A stretch of DNA of 64,000 nt. Source: a virus. Its lineage: Duplodnaviria; Caudoviricetes. How positions within the stretch are numbered: the first letter of the stretch is position 1; each line of letters starts with the position of its first letter. This document shows positions 38,569 through 46,440 of this stretch, one piece after another. The position numbers and the translations under genes were made by a program. The notes below the pieces were generated by a model. That model was not told the DNA's origin and searched no databases. It saw only the letters and a list, made by a program, of their open reading frames with translations. Location: positions 64,001 to 128,000 of IMG/VR virus record IMGVR_UViG_3300028591_000081; one strand, 5' to 3'.

Positions 38569-38610
38569 TGTGGTGCTGAAGCGAGATTGGAGGATTTCGT
38601 GTGTTATAGT
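38569..38610 (+). promoter_or_regulatory. GGTGCTG-box promoter
   Basis: TGTGGTGCTG-N23-TG-T-TATAGT. Confidence 0.8.
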
Positions 38611-38684
38611 GCCTTATGTCAGCACGGCACGGGGCAATGACGCTTCACCGGATTTGCTGATACGCGCAATAAGGGGCGCATGTT

Positions 38685-39617
38685 ATGTGTAAAATCTCTC
38701 TCACGAATTCCAATCTCGTTTCCTTCTGCTCTTGCCGTCGTCAGTACGACTATAAATTCAACAAGGGTATTGTTCCTGTCGAGAATGCCAAGAGCTACGA
38801 TAATGCCGTCGCTCTCAAAGAGGCTCTGATCACTGTCGCACTGTCTCATTCGGAACATCTTAGTGCAGAGGACTGTATTGCACAGGCTCTTCTGACTCTC
38901 AAAAGCAAGGGGCTTGAGATGCAGGATGAGGCCCGTTTAGAGGCGGCCATTCGTGCGTATGTGAAACGTTATTATGATCCAGATTCTCAGGACTGGGAAG
39001 TTGTGTCCGGTACTCCCAATGCGGGTGTGACTGTGCCGATGACTCCAAACGTCACCTATACGACCTACCTAGATTATGTGGTTCGTAACCGCAAGTCTGG
39101 GAAGACCTTTGTCGTCGTCAACAAGTCCTCGTCTACTCTCGGGGATGATTTCATGTGTAGGTTCTTCATTGACAATGAAATCCGCTTGCAGGTGATTGCC
39201 GCAAAACAGCTCCTTGGCTGTGAGGTGGATGGCGTAATCATCAATGCCGTGACGCGTCCTCAGCACAAGATCAAGGTAGGTGAAACGGATGAGGAGTATG
39301 CCGAGCGCAATAATGCCCGCAAGGGTAAAGCTGACCTCAAACGGAAAGTTGGGGAATCTCGTGAGGAATTCGTGTCCCGTGTCGTTGAGGATTACTCTGA
39401 CGAGTCCTTGAAACGTGCGACTATCGTGTTCACAGAGGCCCAGCTCAATCAGGCTATGTCTACCGTGATTGCAGTGGCGTCCGACATGATGGCCTGTAAA
39501 TCCTTCTATCCCAATACCTCTGAATGCACCAAGTATGGGAAGTGTCCATATACGGCCTTGTGCATGAGGGATGGAGACCTTTCGAAAGTTTCGGATCAGT
39601 ACACGATAAAGAAGTAA
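38685..39617 (+). CDS. PD-(D/E)XK superfamily (Cas4/AddB-like) protein with non-canonical active site
   Basis: N-terminal CRRQY; C-terminal CTKYGKCPYTALC; LDYVV...VVVNKS where (D/E)xK is expected. Confidence 0.7.
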   Translation: MCKISLTNSNLVSFCSCRRQYDYKFNKGIVPVENAKSYDNAVALKEALITVALSHSEHLSAEDCIAQALLTLKSKGLEMQDEARLEAAIRAYVKRYYDPDSQDWEVVSGTPNAGVTVPMTPNVTYTTYLDYVVRNRKSGKTFVVVNKSSSTLGDDFMCRFFIDNEIRLQVIAAKQLLGCEVDGVIINAVTRPQHKIKVGETDEEYAERNNARKGKADLKRKVGESREEFVSRVVEDYSDESLKRATIVFTEAQLNQAMSTVIAVASDMMACKSFYPNTSECTKYGKCPYTALCMRDGDLSKVSDQYTIKK

Positions 39618-39686
39618 TCTGGGTCAACGTTCCTTGAATTTCTGTCCGGTCATTCCTGACCGGGTACTTATACAGAGAGATATAGT

Positions 39687-40055
39687 ATGGCAAAGCGTAA
39701 GATGATTTGGATTCCGAAGACCGGGAAAATTGAGACGATTACCATCGACGACGATTTGGACAGCGTTCGTGCAAAGATCGGTTGTGACTTGATAGATATG
39801 TTTGCTGTCGGAGAATCCAGCGACGGTTCCCTTAGTTACGATTTCATTTGTGACGATGAGGGAATGCTGGTGGCGGACAGTATGGAGGATCACAATATCA
39901 ACAGCTTCTCTGTCGCACCTTACCGACTAGGGATTTTCCGTCAGCCTCTGTTTGGGAATCTTCTTATGTGTGCTGTGGATAATGAGACCGGCGAATACGC
40001 AGATCTGAATGTGACAGAGGCCAAGAGAATCCTCAAAAAGTTGTACATGCTGTGA
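39687..40055 (+). CDS. DUF3846-like phage protein
   Basis: IGCDLID, ICDDEG, N...LFGNLL pattern. Confidence 0.6.
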   Translation: MAKRKMIWIPKTGKIETITIDDDLDSVRAKIGCDLIDMFAVGESSDGSLSYDFICDDEGMLVADSMEDHNINSFSVAPYRLGIFRQPLFGNLLMCAVDNETGEYADLNVTEAKRILKKLYML

Positions 40056-40071
40056 TTTATGGTGGAGTGCC

Positions 40072-40401
40072 ATGCTCGTTAGGAATCTTAAATACCTGTC
40101 TTATGAGCTGTCTCGTAGGCTCGAAGATCGATTGTGGTACTCCCATGTCCATTACAATCATCACGACAGACGGTTTGAATTGTTCTTCGGGGGGTTTGGA
40201 AAGCGTTGCGACAAACCCCTTGAAATTTATGTGTCTCATGCGCACAACACGTGGAAAGACTCATCCATGACAGTTCAGCTCGTTCTCAATGATGAGGTTC
40301 TGGATAGTGTCATTGTCTATCCCGGCGAAGAGTTCCCAGAGCCTTGGTTCGAGAGCTTGTGTAACACCTTGGGGCTAATCCGTGATCGGGATATTTTATG
40401 A
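40072..40401 (+). CDS. hypothetical protein
   Basis: GGAG RBS; 109 aa. Confidence 0.6.
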   Translation: MLVRNLKYLSYELSRRLEDRLWYSHVHYNHHDRRFELFFGGFGKRCDKPLEIYVSHAHNTWKDSSMTVQLVLNDEVLDSVIVYPGEEFPEPWFESLCNTLGLIRDRDIL

Positions 40402-40462
40402 GACGGCGAGCAGGATTGATCAAATAGAGAAACAGATCTAACAAGATGAAGGAGATAAAACA

Positions 40463-40855
40463 ATGACAGCACAAGAACTGATAAACGAACGACAACAGCT
40501 CTTCGAGGCGGTAAAACATAAGGCCGTGAAATGTTCTGATAGAACTCAGCTTTGCGCGGCTATTTATCCGTGGGTTTTGAATCTAGTTCGTGAATATGCG
40601 GACAAGCCAACTACCCGTTATGCAGTAGAATCTTTTAGAATGGAACTCTCCGATTTCCATCAGGCTCTGTATGTACACTTGTTAGCAATGCCGCGAGTGG
40701 TATCTCCGGATAGCAACCCCTTAGACCTCAAACGCATACGAGACGAGGCTTTGGAGGCATCCATTGAAATGGCAGAAAGTATCGCAAACTTAGAAGTAGA
40801 CCAGTTTAGCATTAAGCTATCGGACGTTATGGCTCGCTTTGTGGAGGACTTGTAA
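40463..40855 (+). CDS. hypothetical protein
   Basis: AAGGAG RBS. Confidence 0.65.
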   Translation: MTAQELINERQQLFEAVKHKAVKCSDRTQLCAAIYPWVLNLVREYADKPTTRYAVESFRMELSDFHQALYVHLLAMPRVVSPDSNPLDLKRIRDEALEASIEMAESIANLEVDQFSIKLSDVMARFVEDL

Positions 40856-41103
40856 TGAATTTCATGTCTGGATTTGGACGGCCTGTATTGAATGGGGAGC
40901 TGGTATTCACTCCAGTAACGGAGAAACAGTTGCGGTATATAGCGCACATACAGGCATGTTTGGATGTTGAACCTTTTTATGGGACAACAAAGGAATCTGC
41001 GGCTCTCTGGCTGGAACGTTACGCGCCTATGTATGAATCCTATATGTTGCAGATGCAGGCAGAATTCATCGATCATAACGAGAATTACGGAGACAGGGTT
41101 TGA
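40855..41103 (+). CDS. small hypothetical protein
   Basis: TAATG coupling; TEKQLRYI motif common in small phage proteins. Confidence 0.65.
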   Translation: MNFMSGFGRPVLNGELVFTPVTEKQLRYIAHIQACLDVEPFYGTTKESAALWLERYAPMYESYMLQMQAEFIDHNENYGDRV

Positions 41104-41759
41104 TGCAAATTTCTTCGTCAACAAAGGCTGGATACCCACGCATTTATGTTGGTGGTGCAGTAGACAGCCTACTTCGGTACCTATCGATCCATCATAAGGA
41201 TATTCTGGCGTCCATGCACACCATAGGATTTGTCGCGGATTCTTCAGAAGACGCCGTCCCGGATGCTTCTATCAGTACGGATTCTGGTACTGAGGAGGTC
41301 GCTATGGTGTCTTCCCCTGTCAAAGAGTTGAGGGAGATTATCGAGTATTACAATAACATCGACTGGGATTTGAATCGACCCATCGTTATAAATCTCTCCA
41401 TGATCGTTGACCCAGAGGTGTCGTTCAAAGTTCAGTCCATGCTTCTGAAGTTCCTTGAAGAGACCTCTCATCGCGTAATCCTGCTGTCCATTGCAGATGA
41501 CCTTATGTCTACGATATTGTCCAGAGCCTCCTTGGTGTGTAAGATACCTGTTGTAGCAGATTACTCATTTGGAAAGGCGTGGGAAGCCAGAACCGACATG
41601 GCCGTAGATTTCAACGGAATCAGGCTACCATTGCCGATCTACAAGACTGAGAGTTTGAAAAGGTCCGTGGAGATGGCAAGAGTTGACACGATGTGCCGGA
41701 TGCATCATCATGGCCGGGGGTTTAAGGAACGCATTGCGAAGATTTTGGAGAAAGCCTGA
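41103..41759 (+). CDS. clamp-loader subunit-like protein (DNA pol III delta'/gamma-like, degenerate)
   Basis: QSMLLKFLEE...LMSTILSRA matches the NALLKxLEEP...TIxSR signature. Confidence 0.6.
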   Translation: MQISSSTKAGYPRIYVGGAVDSLLRYLSIHHKDILASMHTIGFVADSSEDAVPDASISTDSGTEEVAMVSSPVKELREIIEYYNNIDWDLNRPIVINLSMIVDPEVSFKVQSMLLKFLEETSHRVILLSIADDLMSTILSRASLVCKIPVVADYSFGKAWEARTDMAVDFNGIRLPLPIYKTESLKRSVEMARVDTMCRMHHHGRGFKERIAKILEKA

Positions 41760-42736
41760 TGGGTCTGTATGCAAGTAAACCTGCCAGCGTCGTATCAAGA
41801 AAGCTATCTGTCAAAAAACGTTTGGCTCATATCCTCACAGTCCGTAGCAAAGAAGCTCGGCAAAACAGTCTTCTTCTCAAGACCTCGTTAAAAACCCGTG
41901 ATGCCTTACGTCACAAGGCTAAGGGCAAACTGGACGCCACTACTCTTGTTGGAAGAATCGTTGTTACAACCCACATGGGTTTCATTGAGTCGTTGTACCC
42001 TCGATTCGTTGTGTCGGATAACATCAACGATTACCGCCCAGAGTATCAAGGGATGATCTATACCGGGGAAATGAACGACTTTGTCATGGACAGGTTGAAC
42101 TATGTTCACAACTACATCGTTCTGCGTGAGTTTCTTGACCCCGATGCAAGAGAAAACCTTGGATGGGTTACATCCTTTGGAAGACATAAGATAGTCCGTC
42201 TCAGCAATGTCCGCGATTACATCATGTGGTATTTCCCAAAGCAAGAGAAGCGGATTGGGGAGTTTCGCAAGGTGTATGCTGAACAGATGCCTCAGTTTTT
42301 GAACCTCGTTTTGACATGCCTCATTCAAGGTAAACAGCTCCCCAGCCGAAAACAGACCGAGTCGATCAGTCCTTATCCGTTATTCAAGATCTTTGGCAAA
42401 TCCGACTGGAGTATGTTCTTGAGCACGTATCTTCAGCATGTCGAGTCTGGAGAGTCTTGGAAAACCGACTCTTCCCTCCTTACCTTCCTCGGGCGCGTGA
42501 TGGATGGTGAAGTGGAAGGAAACCGTGGGGGATACAACCAACTGGTGAAGACAGCACACAAACTCTATGGTCATCGAATTCAGAAAGCTGTCGCCGAGTA
42601 TGCCCAGTCTCCGAAGATTCCTGAGTTAGCTATGATTGACCTGTATTATGCTGTTTCAGGGGCCGACAAAGCTCTGTCCGGTATATCAGACGATTGTGGT
42701 ATGCAGGATATGGAACTTGGTATTTTTCTGAAATGA
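41759..42736 (+). CDS. hypothetical protein (possible second clamp-loader subunit)
   Basis: Coupled to the previous gene; function inferred from context only. Confidence 0.45.
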   Translation: MGLYASKPASVVSRKLSVKKRLAHILTVRSKEARQNSLLLKTSLKTRDALRHKAKGKLDATTLVGRIVVTTHMGFIESLYPRFVVSDNINDYRPEYQGMIYTGEMNDFVMDRLNYVHNYIVLREFLDPDARENLGWVTSFGRHKIVRLSNVRDYIMWYFPKQEKRIGEFRKVYAEQMPQFLNLVLTCLIQGKQLPSRKQTESISPYPLFKIFGKSDWSMFLSTYLQHVESGESWKTDSSLLTFLGRVMDGEVEGNRGGYNQLVKTAHKLYGHRIQKAVAEYAQSPKIPELAMIDLYYAVSGADKALSGISDDCGMQDMELGIFLK

Positions 42737-42752
42737 CCTGATGGAGGGTGCA

Positions 42753-43550
42753 ATGGCAACGATTGTGGATGTGCGTGATTACGATATGGGGATGCTGAAA
42801 AGGTTTCAGTTCTTTTACCCGAACACCGTGTGGATCAACCATTCCAGTGTCGAGATCTCTGAGATACGAGACAATGCGATTTACGAGGGGCAGGACATTC
42901 ATTTCCCAGTCTTGATTCTTCGGCGCACATCTTGTCCTGTACTGTACCGCGACAATAGTCCCTATTCTCAATACAAGATAGGCGACCGTCACACAGACGG
43001 GATGTCTCAAGCAGAAATCGTCGCTCGCGGGTTCCCTGACGACCTGACGCTGGTCAACTCTATTTATGAGCTGAAATATGACCTTGAGATCCTTTCCGCC
43101 AGTCGAGACAACTTTGATGAACTTGTGATCGAGGCGCAGGAGAATCTGATCCGCTTTCCGTTCCTGACCATTGATGCAGACGATAAGATTATCCAAGGCC
43201 AGTCGTCGCATTTGCTGATGGATACCTGTCAGGATAATTCCGATCTGGACAACTTCGGCGAGCATGTTCCCTTGTACCGTGCCACCATCGGAATGACGCT
43301 TCGTGGGTACATTTACCGCAAGTATCGTCGATTCAGTGTGGACGAGTTCCTGATGCATCTCAAAGTGAACTCAAACCTTCCAACTGATGAAGACCACGAC
43401 TACCGCATCCCTACGGTAAAGCACATCAACTCTTTGGTTCCAGAGAATATACGGAAGATTCTTGGGGATGTTCCACTCAAGAAAGAAATAGGCATCAACG
43501 AATGTCCATGTAAGGCCCTGTGCCCGGAACACGACGACGGAAAACCGTAA
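42753..43550 (+). CDS. tail completion / terminator-like structural protein
   Basis: FPVLILRR...ELKYDLEILS pattern of T4 gp15/gp3-like proteins; GGAGG RBS. Confidence 0.45.
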   Translation: MATIVDVRDYDMGMLKRFQFFYPNTVWINHSSVEISEIRDNAIYEGQDIHFPVLILRRTSCPVLYRDNSPYSQYKIGDRHTDGMSQAEIVARGFPDDLTLVNSIYELKYDLEILSASRDNFDELVIEAQENLIRFPFLTIDADDKIIQGQSSHLLMDTCQDNSDLDNFGEHVPLYRATIGMTLRGYIYRKYRRFSVDEFLMHLKVNSNLPTDEDHDYRIPTVKHINSLVPENIRKILGDVPLKKEIGINECPCKALCPEHDDGKP

Positions 43551-43556
43551 TAGGTT

Positions 43557-43598
43557 TGTGGTGCTGATAACAGGTTTTGAAACCTTCTGTGGTAAGGT
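43557..43598 (+). promoter_or_regulatory. GGTGCTG-box promoter
   Basis: TGTGGTGCTG-N23-TG-G-TAAGGT. Confidence 0.78.
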
Positions 43599-43613
43599 TC
43601 CTTTTGTCATGGG

Positions 43614-43744
43614 TGTCGTGCTTCTAGGGCATCCACGACAAATCGTCATCTCCTGAGTTGCTAGAACGCTCTCTGACGACGTTTTCCGATTCACCCTGTG
43701 TAGTTACAGGGGTGTCCAAGAAAATCGCTCAGAGAGCGTTCTAG
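43614..43744 (+). other. long structured 5' leader / candidate ncRNA
   Basis: Perfect 16-bp stem 43661-43676 / 43729-43744 with inner stems, plus an upstream tgtcgtg/cacgaca hairpin. Confidence 0.55.
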
Positions 43745-43791
43745 GGGCTTCTGTGACCAATTCTCTTTTGACCTTCCATTGGAGAGTTACC

Positions 43792-44199
43792 ATGTTTATC
43801 AAGTCCGACATTTGTGGTGCCGAAGAAGCTCAGACCGTTTCTGTATTCAACAGTCTGTTCCTCATTGAACGCGCAGAGAATGCAATGTTCAATGTTACGA
43901 AGTGTAAAGAAGGTTCTGACCACAACTTCATTGTCTATTCCTATACAGACCTTGGGCTGATCCTTATGTTGATCACTGTGACAGCTTCGGAAACGAAAAT
44001 CCTTGCCCGGTCGATTGCCCATGATCCACACAACTTGGGGAATAACAAAGACCTTGAAGAGGATGTTGGTCACGAGTATTGTCGGGTACCTTATGCGTCT
44101 GACTTGCCTATGGTTCCGATTTACAATGCGCTCAAGAGTATGTACAGCAAAATGAGTAAGAATCTCTCTGAGTTTGTGTATGGAGATATTCCCTTTTAA
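43792..44199 (+). CDS. hypothetical protein ending in an SSB-like tail (GDIPF)
   Basis: GGAG RBS before ATG 43792. Confidence 0.65.
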   Translation: MFIKSDICGAEEAQTVSVFNSLFLIERAENAMFNVTKCKEGSDHNFIVYSYTDLGLILMLITVTASETKILARSIAHDPHNLGNNKDLEEDVGHEYCRVPYASDLPMVPIYNALKSMYSKMSKNLSEFVYGDIPF

Positions 44200-44212
44200 G
44201 GAGAGTACGATC

Positions 44213-44581
44213 ATGGATATGGTAAAGTCTTCTCGGTTACGTATGGAGCCTGTGGCTGAATGTGCCCGTCGAGCTGAGGCTTTTTTGAATTGCACCTGCT
44301 TGGAGGAATCTGCCTTCCTTGCCAAGCTGATTGATCTGGCAAAAGCCTCTTACTGGAACCGCACCTTGGATTTGTCTGTGGTAGGATACTCTGTTCACAG
44401 CACCGATTGTTCTGAGTTTTACGACACCTTGGAACAGGCCAAGGCTAGGTTTATGAACCTGATCGATTATGGAGCTACGGAGGCTTACATTCATCTAGCC
44501 GGAAAGGATGCGGAGGGCGAGTGGTTTGAGGCCGATGGGGAAGCTCTTTACTGGTACAATGCTGACGACGAGTCCGATTGA
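44213..44581 (+). CDS. hypothetical protein
   Basis: AAGGAG RBS before ATG 44213. Confidence 0.65.
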   Translation: MDMVKSSRLRMEPVAECARRAEAFLNCTCLEESAFLAKLIDLAKASYWNRTLDLSVVGYSVHSTDCSEFYDTLEQAKARFMNLIDYGATEAYIHLAGKDAEGEWFEADGEALYWYNADDESD

Positions 44582-44594
44582 TGTGGAGTAATAT

Positions 44595-45011
44595 ATGGCT
44601 TATCTTTATGATGTTTATATCCTGTGTCAGGAAAATGTGTACAGAGACTACGAGACCTTCGTGCTGGACCAAATTCAGCCATGTTTGCCCACCTATACGA
44701 AACAAGCCCGTTACAACGGGAGAGACGTGTACCTGTTGGAATGGAATAATCTCAAGAACTGGAGTTCTGTTCCAAGTCAGACTACCCGTGAAATCAATGT
44801 CATCCGGGAATGGGTGCATGGGTATGTGAGCAACAAACATTCCCGTGATGGGGATGGGATACAGTTGATTTGTATCTGTGAAGGGGAAGTGGTGGTTGAG
44901 TCCGTCAGCAACTATGTAGACACGATGCCGATGGACTTTTATGCCGAGATGCATATCCATCGTCCAGAAGGTCTGGAATGGAAGGAACTTTACAGCATGA
45001 AGGAACGATGA
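44595..45011 (+). CDS. hypothetical protein
   Basis: GGAG RBS; 138 aa. Confidence 0.65.
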   Translation: MAYLYDVYILCQENVYRDYETFVLDQIQPCLPTYTKQARYNGRDVYLLEWNNLKNWSSVPSQTTREINVIREWVHGYVSNKHSRDGDGIQLICICEGEVVVESVSNYVDTMPMDFYAEMHIHRPEGLEWKELYSMKER

Positions 45012-45496
45012 TGTTTGCGAAGTCTGTTAGGGTGGAAAAGAGCTGGCTTACCGTACAGCAGTTGCTCAATACGTTTTACTTGGTCGAACCCGATGAATCG
45101 GTCGTCGCAGGACGTACTCTGGAGGATTTTACGTATTATATCGAGAGTCTTCTCATCGGTACCGCCATTACTCCGTTTGTCACGGGTGAGAATCCGTCTC
45201 TACACGGAAAAGGTCGGTTCTTTGAAGTGGTCGATGGCAAGAAGCGTTTTGTCATTCTCAAGAAATACCTTCGTGGCGACTTTGCTTTGACCGACTGCCG
45301 GTTCGTAAAGGAACTGTCTCAAAAAACCTTCTCAGACCTTCCACGGGATATACAACGCAGACTTCAGGATGAGCACCTCGAAGTCTTTGAGATTTATGAC
45401 GGCGGGTTTGGTTTGGACAATTACAGAGCAGTGTGCAGAAGCATTCGTGGGGAGGATGACTATAAGGAAGTAGGCACAGGAACGTGCCAAAAGTGA
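45008..45496 (+). CDS. DUF262 (GmrS/ParB-like) domain protein
   Basis: YIESLLIG...FEVVDGKKR...KTFSDLP. Confidence 0.7.
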   Translation: MMFAKSVRVEKSWLTVQQLLNTFYLVEPDESVVAGRTLEDFTYYIESLLIGTAITPFVTGENPSLHGKGRFFEVVDGKKRFVILKKYLRGDFALTDCRFVKELSQKTFSDLPRDIQRRLQDEHLEVFEIYDGGFGLDNYRAVCRSIRGEDDYKEVGTGTCQK

Positions 45497-45498
45497 CT

Positions 45499-45540
45499 TG
45501 TGGTGCTGAAAGGTTCCATGCTTTATTTTTGTGTTATAAG
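45499..45540 (+). promoter_or_regulatory. GGTGCTG-box promoter
   Basis: TGTGGTGCTG-N23-TG-T-TATAAG. Confidence 0.78.
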
Positions 45541-45592
45541 TAACCTTGTCAACAGGGCGGCTAGGGTGGTCGCCCAAAACCCGGAGGTGGTT

Positions 45593-46387
45593 ATGAGTTA
45601 CGATTTTGAATGGGATATCCTGAAGTCACGTGAAACTTGTCAGAAATTAGACCTGCTTGCGAAATACCCGACAGTGGTTCCTGTAAAAGTAACGGGTAAG
45701 ATGATCTTTTCTCAGAAGGATGTTCCCGAAGGTTATTCCTACTCTGGGTGCTGTGATCATCGTTCTGATGACACGCACTGCCTGTGTCGCCTGTACTCTA
45801 CCATAAAAAGTGTGCTGTTTGACGTGCGTGACTCCATGATCGACAAGTCTCTGAAACAGCATCTTCAAGCTCCGGCCTTTTTGTCGGTAGGTTCCTCCAC
45901 CAACACTCTTGATGTCTGCGTGGCCACATTCAACATTCAGAACCATCACTCCATGAAACTTCGTGTGATTCATAGCGTGCCTGTGGAGGCATACTCGATA
46001 GATCGTGATGTGTACGTTTCCGGCGACAACTTACGTTCCTGCTTTGAAGTACGGGACGCATACAATAGGGATGCCTCGTTTTTGTCGGACATTGAACGTG
46101 AGATGTCTGAGACGTTGGTAGAACGTCAGGCTGTGGAATCAATTTCACTCCTTGCCAGATTTGCTCTCGGAATGGATGGTAGAGACATGGATACCGACGT
46201 GATTAAAGAGTTTGCATCCTCTTTACGCTCTATCGCTAAAACCCTTGAGAACACGGCGCGTCGTATGGATGACTGTCTTTGCGAGGAATATCCGGAAGAG
46301 GAAGACAAGGATGACTACTGCGATGATTCTGAAGACTACTTCTATGAGGACGATGAAGCCTCGGATGGATGTGAGATGATCGGATAA
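45593..46387 (+). CDS. hypothetical protein with acidic C-terminus
   Basis: GGAGGT RBS before ATG 45593. Confidence 0.65.
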   Translation: MSYDFEWDILKSRETCQKLDLLAKYPTVVPVKVTGKMIFSQKDVPEGYSYSGCCDHRSDDTHCLCRLYSTIKSVLFDVRDSMIDKSLKQHLQAPAFLSVGSSTNTLDVCVATFNIQNHHSMKLRVIHSVPVEAYSIDRDVYVSGDNLRSCFEVRDAYNRDASFLSDIEREMSETLVERQAVESISLLARFALGMDGRDMDTDVIKEFASSLRSIAKTLENTARRMDDCLCEEYPEEEDKDDYCDDSEDYFYEDDEASDGCEMIG

Positions 46388-46390
46388 CGT

Positions 46391-46439
46391 AAAAAGAACC
46401 CCTCCAATCGACGTATGTAAGATGGGAGGGGTTCTTTTT
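46391..46439. terminator. bidirectional terminator
   Basis: aaaaagaacccctcc / ggaggggttcttttt between convergent genes. Confidence 0.85.
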
Positions 46440-46440
46440 A

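Noticed and set aside
45008-45496. Complete GmrSD type IV restriction system
   Set aside because: Only a short DUF262-like domain is present, with no adjacent DUF1524/HNH partner.
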